Of a stretch of 64,000 bases of DNA, positions 22,684 to 32,900 are shown piece after piece. The position numbers and the translations under genes were made by a program. Within the stretch, counting starts at the first letter, position 1, and each line of letters opens with the position of its first letter. Origin of the DNA: Macrostomum lignano (lineage: Eukaryota); NCBI GenBank assembly GCA_002269645.1, contig NIVC01000927.1:124001-188000 (forward strand), given 5' to 3'. The notes below the pieces were generated by a model, which searched no databases, had not been told where the DNA came from, and saw nothing but the letters and a program-made list of their open reading frames with translations.

Positions 22684-24049
22684 AAGAAATGTGGCGTTGG
22701 AAACCAATTTTTCTTAAATAATTGAGCCGTACACTAGTCAGAAGCCCTTGTTTTCGTAGCACCTATTATCTTGTCCACTAAACTTGAATAAATAGTGTTC
22801 AATGTGTAAATATCGTACAGAAACGGACCGGTAATACTAAAAAAATTCTTATCTTAAAATGAAGTGACAAAGCAAATTATTTTATAAAATCTAAAAATCT
22901 AATTTTAATTTTAAACGATTTATATACACTATCGAACTATTTTGACCCAAAAGGAATGCGCAAATAGCTCTACTGTAAGTATGAGGACGCAATTATATGC
23001 AATTTTAACTATTGCCGACTCAAACCGTTGGGGCAACTTGGGACGGGAGTTTTCGATTGGTGGAAAGCGGAGAGGCAGGACTGGGGTCCGTCCCGCAAGC
23101 CAGCTGCATTGAAGCTATGAGAATAGGGAGGCAATATAATCTAGCTTTAGAATTTCAGAAACTTTCACAAATTGCGTTTTGCACGGCGCACACATCTTAC
23201 TCTGTGATTTGTTGTTGTTAAACGGGGGTGGGAAGCTGGGCTTACCCGCGGATCAGCCCTAAAGGGGGCTCTGCCGCTAGTGGGGCACTTACCAAGGGCA
23301 CGGGGAATTCCGTGTACCCGAGTTACCCTCCTCGGAAGTCCGAGAACCAATTTAGTTGGGCCCTGACTAAGGCCAGGGGAGGCGAGGGACTTCAAACCTA
23401 CGGTACCGCCAACCCAAAAAGTGGAATCAGGGACGGTGCTAGGACCGAGTCCACCCAGGCCACCCCCCCCCCCCCAGCAGACAAGTCCTCAGGAGTGCGC
23501 TTCAGAAATAGAATTTGAAACCGAAAAGTTTTGGATATGCTACTTAAAGCGGTCCGAGAGCGGGGATACCCCGAAGTCAACGGAAATGGCTTATCAATTG
23601 GAGTGAGTCTGGAAGGCTTGTTTCCGAGGGGGAGACTCCAGGCGGGAAGACCGACCGCCTCTGTTGCTACCAACCCAAGGGTATCGCCTATCCAGCTCTA
23701 AACAGGGCCAGGCCAAGGGGGGGAGGGGCACAAGGAGCAAGAGGAAACCGGACTCAGCCGGTTTTCCCCGATTCGGGACGAACTTCCTTCCCAGGACTCC
23801 AATCCACTGTCAGAGCCGAGACGCAAAAGCAGGGAGGCAACCAGAGGAGCCAGCAGATCGGGCAGGTGGGCAGAGCTCATAACTCCGAAGAATTGGATTG
23901 TGATTTCCTTGTTTTTCCTACAAACAAGCAAGATTTTCATTTTTAGTATATGGATGTAATATGACTTCACACGAAATCTTCATTTTTATTTACTGGTACA
24001 GTGTACATTTATCCCCTTTAGGACATACTAGCGATCGACATACTACTTA

Positions 24050-24230
24050 AGTTTAATTAATTGATTACACCTGCCCCAATTGGGCCGGATGTGCAACCGA
24101 CAGCTCAACCGCAGCTATTGCGCGGCGCATCTGAAGGCTGCGTACGGCTGTTCAGTCCAAGATTAGGTCGAGAATCGAACCCCCAACCTTTCAGTCGTGA
24201 GTCCGACACTAAACACTAGGCTACACCCCC
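24050..24230 (-). mobile_element. tRNA-derived SINE, copy D, internally deleted
   Basis: Reverse complement gives the tRNA head (TAGCCTAGTG...GGTTCGATTCTC) joined directly to the 3' part (TTGGACTGAACAGCCGTACGCAGCCTTCAGATGCGCCGCGCAATAGCTGCGG); the central domain is missing. Confidence 0.82.
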
Positions 24231-24725
24231 GAAAACTACTATGAGTAGGCGGTAACTGACGATTGCGAAAAACGGAATTACCATGTTTCGAAATCGGTTC
24301 TTAGCGCAGAAAACTGCGATTTTAAAACACAAAGTGCCGTAGAGTTTATTATCACTGTTTTAAATATGCTATTTTGATTTTTAAAATTCAATTATCAAGT
24401 GCAACACAGCATCATCATGAAAGCTACATGGAACGCTTACGACCAAACGTAGGGCTAACAAAAACTTCGGTAACAAGAGAAACTCTGATGCGAGAGTAAA
24501 AATGCCAAGAGGAATGGGGCGCAGGGAGTCGCGTTACGCAATCTTAGAGACTGTTTTATAATTTTTATATACTTAAGCGCGTACATAAAATGAAAAAGAC
24601 GATTATTATAATTACAATAAAATATTACAGTAATATCTCCACATCGCTATCGCTACTAACAGTAGTCATTATAAGTTTCGCAGATTTTTAAGTCAAGAAG
24701 AGACTGCATGCCTCATCTCTCCAGT

Positions 24726-27168
24726 TCAATCAACCTCCTCCATCTTGGCGTCGTCGTCAGCGGCAGCCGAGTCGCCAGCAGCGGCTGGCATCGGCTGATC
24801 GACAGCTTCGGGTTCGTCGGCGGCGTCCTCAATGCCAAGGCCCAGCTTCACCATGCGATGGATGCGGCCGGCGTGGATCTGCGGATCGTCCAGGCTGAAG
24901 CCGGAGGCCAGCAGGGCGGTCTCGAACAGCAGGTGCACCAGATCCTTCACCGCCTTGTCGTTCTTGTCAGCCTCGAAGCGCAGCTTGAGAGCGGAGCAGA
25001 TGGCGTGGTCAGGGTTGATCTCCAGGTGCTTCTTAGCCGCCATGTAGCCCATTGTGGAGTTGTCGCGCAGAGCCTGAAATTGGTTTTGTAGGTAAAAATT
25101 CACGGTTATATCTTAATTGCTAAAAAGACCGACTTATCTGATACTACTAACAGTAGTCTTAAGGACTAAAACAATTTGATAAAATAGATCGAGTTAACCT
25201 ACCTGTGCCTTCATGATCCGCTCCATGTTGGCCGACCAGCCGAACTGCGAGGTGACGATGCAGCAAGGCGAGTCAACCAGCCGGTTGGACACGACCACCT
25301 TCTCGACCTTCTTGTCCAGGATGTCCTTCATAGCCTTGCACAGCGGCTCGAAGGCGGCCTTCTTTTCTTCGAACGCCTTCTTCTCGTCCTCGTCCTCGGG
25401 CAGCTCAAGGCCCTCCTTGGTGACGCAGACGAGCTTCTTGCCGTCGTACTCGCGCAACTGCTGCACAGCGTACTCGTCGATTGGGTCAGTCATGTACAGC
25501 ACCTCCAGGCCGCGCTTTCGCAGTCTCTCAACAAATGCGGAGTGAGAGACTGCCTCCCGGCTCTCGCCGGTGATGTAGTAGATGTCCTTCTGGTTCTCCT
25601 TCATGCGGCTGACGTACTCCTTCAGGCTGGTCCAGTCGTCGCCGGAGTTGGTAGAGTAGTAGCGCAGGTAGTCGGCCAGCTTCTTGCGGTTGGTGCTGTC
25701 CTCGTGGATGCCCAGCTTCAGGTTCTTGCCAAACTGCTCGTAGAACTTCTTAAAGTTCTCCTTGTCCTCCGCGATGTCGTCGAACAGTTCCAGGCACTTC
25801 TTCACGAGATTCTTTCTGATGACCTTGAGGATTTTGTTCTGCTGCAGCATCTCACGGCTGATGTTGAGCGGCAGGTCTTCGCTGTCCACTACGCCCTTGA
25901 TGAAGTTGAGGTACTCGGGGATCAGGTCCTCGCAGTTGTCCATGATGAAGACCCGTCGCACGTACAGCTTGATGTTGTTACGCTTCTTCCGGTTCTCGAA
26001 CAGGTCAAATGGCGCCCGCTTCGGGACAAAGAGCAGGGCGCGAAACTCGAGCTGACCCTCAACGCTGAAGTGCTTCACGGCCAGGTGCTCCTCCCAGTCG
26101 TTGCTGAGCGACTTGTAAAACTCGCCGTACTCCTCCTGGGTGATGTCCTCGTGGTTGCGGGTCCAGATTGGCTTCGTCTTGTTCAGCTCCTCCTCATCGA
26201 TGTACTTCTCCTTGACAGTCTTCTTCTTTTTCTTCTTCTTGTCCTTCTCCGAGTCGCTGCCTTCGTCGTCGCTGCTTTCGTCGTCCTCGATCTTCGGCTT
26301 GTCGGTCTCGTCGGACTTCTCGTCGGCCGGCTTCTCGGAGTCTTCGTCCATCTTCTCAGGCTTTGAGTCCTCCTCAACTTCGGCTTTATCGTCTTCAATC
26401 TGGAAATGAAGGAATGTTACCGACAGGTGAGATCATTGAATATGATTAACAGGATGCCGACACACTAATTGTCTCTTGACGCAAACTTACCTCCTTATCG
26501 CGCTCCTTCTCGAGCACCAGCTTGATAGGATAGCCGATAAACTGAGAGTGCTTCTTGATGATCTCCTTGATCTTGCGCTCCTCCAGGTACTCGGTCTGGT
26601 CCTCCTTCATGTGCAGGACAATCTTGGTGCCGCGACCAATGGGCTCGCCAGTGTCGGGCCGGACGGTGAAGCTGCCGCCGGCGGAGGACTCCCAGGCGTA
26701 CTGCTCGTCGTCGTTGTGCTTGGAGTAGACCTCGACCTTGTCGGCCACCAGGTAGGCCGAGTAGAAGCCAACGCCGAATTGGCCGATCATGCTGATGTCA
26801 GCGCCCGCCTGCAGCGCCTCCATGAACGCCTTGGTGCCAGATCTGGCGATGGTGCCCAGATTGTTAACTAGATCAGCTTTAGTCATGCCGACTCCGGTGT
26901 CAACGATGGTCAGGGTGTTGTTAGCCTTGTTGGGGATCACCTTGATGTACAGCTCTCGGCCGGTGTCCAGCACGGACTGATCCGTCAGGCTTCTGTACCG
27001 AATTTTGTCCAAGGCGTCGCTGGCATTCGAGATCAACTCGCGGAGGAAGATCTCCTTGTTCGAGTAGAAGGTGTTAATAATTAAGCTCATCAGCTGAGCG
27101 ATCTCAGCCTGAAAAGCAAAAGTCTCCACCTCCTGCTGCTGGTTGATTTCGACCTCGTTGATGGTCAT
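24726..27168 (-). CDS. HSP90: Cytosolic heat shock protein 90 (Hsp83/HSP90A), 740 aa
   Basis: Exons 27168-26491, 26399-25203, 25073-24726. Motifs [44 protein letters not shown] and [10 protein letters not shown]; C-terminal MEEVD. Confidence 0.99.
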
Positions 27169-27328
27169 TCTTGGCTTGCAGGATTTGCGGCTGTGCTGTG
27201 ATAGCGATGCGAGACGGAAGCGATGCGAGAATAGCAGAAAAAGTCTGCTTGTTGCTAGGCGTCAAGCTTGTAAAGGAGCTTGTATTGCTTTAGCAAAGCT
27301 TGGAAAACTGCCGCCTCGCGCGGGTTTG

Positions 27329-27575
27329 TTTTATAGACGCCAAAATGGATTCCCCTACTTTTCTAGAATGTTCTGGATTTCAGTTCTCGGGGATTCCCTC
27401 GCGCGAGAGCTATTTTCAGAACCCAATGCCCAATCGTGCGCTGTGGAACTGTACATTCTAACCCTAGCGGGGGGAGGTCGCAGAAAATTCTAGAAGAGTG
27501 TGTGATGACTCTGTTCTAGAATTTTCTTTCTATTTTGGAGGTTTTCTGGCTTGCAGAAGATTCGAGAAATTCGAC
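27329..27575 (-). promoter_or_regulatory. HSP90 promoter: TATA box and cluster of heat-shock elements
   Basis: TATAAAA on the minus strand at 27329-27335. Alternating nGAAn/nTTCn triplets at 27360 (TTTCTAGAATGTTCT), 27482 (AGAAAATTCTAGAAG), 27513 (GTTCTAGAATTTTCT) and 27555 (AGAAGATTCGAGAAA). Confidence 0.88.
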
Positions 27576-27915
27576 ATGTAAACATTCTCTCAGTCTGTGC
27601 TTTGCTTTTCAATCGGATCTGTAATTAGCAAAATCATTTGGCAATATTGAAATGGGAACTTGGAAAATCCATTTGACTGTCACAATTCACTTCCGCCAGA
27701 CTCAGTAGGCAGTACAGAACTTCTGAATATTTGCAAAGATCTGATGAAATAAAGTGAAGCACAGTAACAGTTCAAATTGACTCTTGTAGATTTGTCTCTC
27801 GTGCAAAATCGAAACAATAGTTAAAGCATTGCCGTGCATTTTGAGCAAACTTGAAATTGTCATCACTCATCAGCCTCTAAGATATGCTATTTCCTTAATA
27901 TGTCAGATGACATTA

Positions 27916-28320
27916 GACTGCCAGTGACATTTGAGTGGCAGTAACATTTCATTGACAGTGATATTTGACTGTCAGTGACACCTGACTCTCAGTAACATTT
28001 GACTGCCAGTGACACCTGACTCACTGACTGTCAGTGACACTTACTGCCAGTGACATTTTACTGCCAGTGACACCTGAATGTCAGTGACACTTGACTGCCA
28101 GTGACACCTGACTGTCAGTGACACTTGACTGCCAGTGACATTGACTGTCAGTGACCAGTGAGTGACATGACTGCCAGTGACACGTGACTGTCTGTGAAAT
28201 GTGATTGGCAGTAATATTTGTCTGCCTGTGATATTTGACTTCCAGAGATATTTGTTGACTGCCAGTGACATTTGACTGTCAGTGACATTTTACTGCCGGC
28301 AATTTGACTGTCGACTATTT
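27916..28320. repeat. Degenerate ~18-20 bp tandem repeat
   Basis: TGACTG(C/T)CAGTGACA(T/C)TT units. Confidence 0.88.
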
Positions 28321-28789
28321 AGGTTTAGATTTGGACAATTCATATTACATATTGAGTTTGGGTGTGTTTTATTTAAGGTCGGCCGTCAAGAAAAAAATTG
28401 CGGCAGTCAATTTTCGTAGATTGCCATGTTGCCAGTGAGCTTTACATGCATAGACAGTTGTTTTGCTTACTATTAGATACTATTATTAAAAAGTTTAGGC
28501 ACAGAGATGAGGTATGGGAGAAAATGAAAATGAAGATGAGAGGGGAGGGGAGGAGAGAGGAGAGCTGAGAAGAAGTACTAATCAGGCCAGGATGCTATTG
28601 TAGGGATTGCAATCCCGGGTTTATTCTAATTTAAATTTTGATATATGATTTGCTTCTTTACTATTAATTAGTACTTTTATACTACTTACTTAAATACGTC
28701 ACTAGATAATGCTGTTTTTCATCTCCAAATAGATAATTAACTCTATAACAATCAAAAATGCAAGCAAAAAAAACGTTTCGCGCATATTT

Positions 28790-29052
28790 TGCCTTGTGAT
28801 TAGAGGGTCGGACTGATGACTGAAAGGTCTGGGGTTCGATTCTCGACGACCCACTCGGAACAATTTGTGTCCTTGAGCAAGACACTGAACTCTGCATTGC
28901 TTCCAGTTCAACCAGCTGTAAAAAGAGTGTCAACATTAGCTGGGGCAATTGAGGGTGTGTGGCGACCCCCCCCCCCCAGACTTTGGACTGAACAGCCGTA
29001 TAATAGCTGCGGCTGAGCTGTCGGTTGTAGTCAATTATTATTATATTATTAT
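28790..29052 (+). mobile_element. tRNA-derived SINE, copy C
   Basis: B box GGTTCGATTCTC, central GTGTCCTTGAGCAAGACACT domain, 3' ATAGCTGCGGCTGAGCTGTCGG and (ATT)n tail. Confidence 0.85.
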
Positions 29053-29912
29053 CGCAACTCGAGTAAACTATGAGGGTTTTAGTGTCTGCGGCCAGATGCA
29101 CAAGTTATTAATTAGAGTGCTCAGGGATCCTGGGATCTTAGATAAATAACGAATATTAACATTAATAAAGACATAAAATCTTCAAATGATTAGATGCAAA
29201 CATAACAAACGACTTTACTATCATCGGTGGTGTTAGATAAGAAAAGCACACACATATATAACTGGTATATATGTGGCATTACTTCAGCATTGGGTTCTGG
29301 TTTATTATTTTGTACGATAGTTTAATATATTCATTTTGCTGTTCTTCTTCGCTTTATATAGCTACTATGAGTAGAGCATTAGCGTTATTGAAACGGAAAT
29401 ACATACATACATAGTTGAGAGTGGCAGGGGATATATTTAGCTTAGTTAATAAATAGTTATATAGCACATCAGAGCAAGGAAACTGCTGTGTTTTATTTCA
29501 ATTTTCGGCTGCCAAAGAAAACAAACAGACAGTTGCAACTTGTGTCTTTTTTCGATCAATCGGCGGAGGAGGAGGTGGTGAGCGACGGCGGCGGCAACAG
29601 TGAAAGCAGCAGAGCAGCAACAGCTAGAAGACGACCGAAGGAAAGAAGAAACCGGATATTTCATGTGCGGCCAGGCGCATAGATTAAAACAAATTAAGCA
29701 GCACAAGAGTTGTTGATGCATTTCTGATCCTGTCTGGTTCTAAGCAGTCTGAGTCAGCTACATTAGTCGAATAGAAGTTCGGGTTTGAAATTTTATAAGC
29801 TAAAAAGTTGCTACGGAAACGGCATACAAAAATTTGATGGGCGAGGAGGTGGGGCCATTTCAATTGTTAATCTCCCTTGGGATCTAAGTCAGGCTGTTGA
29901 TCCCCTTCAAAT

Positions 29913-32900
29913 TCAGAGCATATCATCGCTCCACTGGAACGGCTCCGGCGGCGGCGGCTCCGGCAGGTCGTCCTCTTTTGAGTTCGCCGAAGTTGGGCCG
30001 TGCGCCTTCACGGTTGGCACCAGGGACTCCTTCTCGTCTGGCCGACGGTCGCGCAGCATTATAATGCCGCCAATGGTGACGCTCTTCACCGGCTGGTAGC
30101 GGCCGCCTTCAAGCGTCACGAGACGCTGCTGGGCTCGCATAACCCGGCATGGATTGGACAGCAGGCTAAAGTTTGGCTCGGGCCCGGGCTTGTCCGTTGA
30201 GGTGCCAGTAGAAACTGTGGCGGGCTTATCAGTCAGGGTACCCTGGCTCTTCGAAGCCGGCGCCGGCTCCTTTGTTGACGTCTCAGTTGAGGCGGCGGCG
30301 GCGGGGGCGGCAGCGGCTGTGGTGGCACTGGAAGTCTCGCTACCGGCTGGAGTCTCCTTGCCCTCCGGGATTGACGGAACTGGAGCGGCGGCGGGGCCAG
30401 AAGCCGAAGTTGCAGTCGCAGCAGCCGCAGTTGTGGAGCCGCCCGGCTGATTCTGATGAGCCGTAGCTGCCGCTGTTTTCTTTTTCTCCTGCTCCTTGCG
30501 CTTCTGCTTGGCCGTGATGCTGAGCACGGCGGTCTCGACTTTTTCTTTCTTCTTCTCCACCTGGGTCACTGAATATGGCAAAGGGAATTGCGCGATACGT
30601 TTTTAAACTGTGACCCACCGCATTCACTACCTGTAAACCCATCCCTGAACTCAACACACACCTGTAAACCAATCCCTGAACTCAACACACACCTGTAAAC
30701 CCATCCCTGAACTCAACACACACCTGTAAACCAATCCCTGAACTCAACACACACCTGTAAACCAATCCCTGAACTCAACACACACCTGTAATAAACCAAT
30801 CCCTGAACTCAACACACACCTGTAAACCAATCCCTGAACTCAACACACACCTGTAAACCAATCCCTGAACTCAACACACACCTGTAAACCAATCCCTGAA
30901 CTCAACACACACCTGTAAACCAATCCCTGAACTCAACACACACCTGTAAACCAATCCCTGAACTCAACACACACCTGTAAACCAATCCCTGAACTCAACA
31001 CACACCTGTAAACCAATCCCTGAACTCAACACACACCTGTAAACCAATCCCTGAACTCAACACACACCTGTAAACCAATCCCTGAACTCAACACACACCT
31101 GTAAACCAATCCCTGAACTCAACACACACCTGAAATCCCTGAACCCAAGACCCTTAAAACCGAATCTAAAATACGCGTAACTTTTATCTTAAAATTAATA
31201 AGTAGTTCAAAAACTGACCCAGAGGCGGCGGATAATCAAATGTGCTGGGCTTAGCATTGGAGCGGAACTGAACCTGCGGCATTTCCAATGCCTTATTCAG
31301 CCCAATCAGACTGGTAGGCGTGAAGGCCAGACAGAGGAAGTGCGTCAAAGGATACCAGTACCAGAATTGCTGGAACACCAGGACGCCAACAGCGGCGGCC
31401 ATGTTAGACTGGCCAGTCCGGGTCTGCAGGCTGATGGTGACATTGCGACCTCCGGCATCAACAATGCCAAGGCCGAGAATGGCGCCATGCTTAGCCATCA
31501 CGTCTTCGTGCTTGTCGGCCACTACTTTTAGGCAGAGTTCGCGAAATTCGCCAGCCTTCGGACAGTTGACACCGTTCTGTTGGATTAGCACCATGCCCAG
31601 CGCGATTAGTGCGCCTTGGCGGACAAAGTGCACAGCGTCCTGCGTCATGGGATCAAGGATGTTGATAGCCTCCTTGAGCGCGGTGCCGGCGCAAGCGATG
31701 CCCAGAGCCATGGCGGCGCCGTAGCGAACGTGCGGGTTGAATGATTCGGCTAGGAGGGACACGAGGTCCGGCACCTGAGTGGGGAGAGTGAGGCATTAAT
31801 ATCTAAACTAGGCTACTCATAGTAGAATGAGTCGGACAATGCTAAATATATGTTAATATTGAAAATCTAAGGGTTTAAATAGACTTCTTAGCGCCACATC
31901 GGCCTCTGTGTTTTTCTTAAGCGCCTACTTCTATTGTGGCTTCTAGGGCGCCAAATCGGCCTGTTGGGATCTAGGGCACCAAAATAACCTGTTGGGATGG
32001 GATCTAAGGCGCTGAATTGGTCTAGGGGTCTAGGGCGCCGATTGGCCTGTTTGATTGGGATTTAGGGCGCCGAATTGGCCTGTTTGAATGGGATCTAGGG
32101 CGCCGAATTGGCCTGTTTGATTGGGATTTAGGGCGCTGAATTGGCCTGTTTGAATGGGATCTAGGGCGCCGAATTGGCCTTTTTGAATGGGATCTAGCGC
32201 GCCGAATTAGCCTGTTGGGATCTAGGGCGCCGAGTTGATCTAAGGGGTCTAGGACGCCAAATTGGCTTGTTTGAATGGGATCTAGGGCGCCGAATTGGCC
32301 TGTTTGAATGGGATCTAGCGCGCCGAATTAGCCTGTTGGGATCTAGCCTCTCTCTATTTGACTGCAGTTTTAGGTGCTTATAACCATTCCCGACGGATAG
32401 TTCGAAAACAGCCATAGACAGTTTTCAAATTTACGATCATAAATGTTGCTGCTACCACCGTTCCCGCCTATAGTCTCGCTTAAATTTAGTGTCTGTTCGC
32501 TAATTTAATTCATTTATACATAATATCTATATGGCCGTTTTTGGCCTCTAGTCGTCGGTCGGGAACGGCTGTGGTAAAGAATCCAACAAATCTGGCCCAT
32601 AGAGATTGATTTTATGCCGTCTAGCTTGGAGGTAGACAGAGTGGACGAAAACGGCCATCCGTCTGCCTATGGCTAGGGCGCCGAGTTGATCTAAGGACTC
32701 TAGGACGCCAAATTGGCCTGTTTGAATGAGATCTAAGGCGCCGAATTGGCCTGTTTGAATTGGATCTAGGGCGCCGAATTGGCCTGTTTGAATGGGATCT
32801 AGGGCGCCGAATTGGCCTGTTTGAATTGGATCTAGGGCGCCGAATTGGCCTGTTTGAATTGGATCTAGGGCGCCGAATTGGCCTGTTTGAATGGGATCTA

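Noticed and set aside
25213-26871. Long plus-strand ORFs antisense to HSP90 (e.g. 25542-26366)
   Set aside because: Expected by-product of strong GC3 codon bias on the coding strand; no independent features.
29540-29660. GC-rich triplet-like patch downstream of PSMD1 as a separate exon
   Set aside because: Short, with no supported splice pair or homology; equally consistent with 3' UTR low-complexity sequence.
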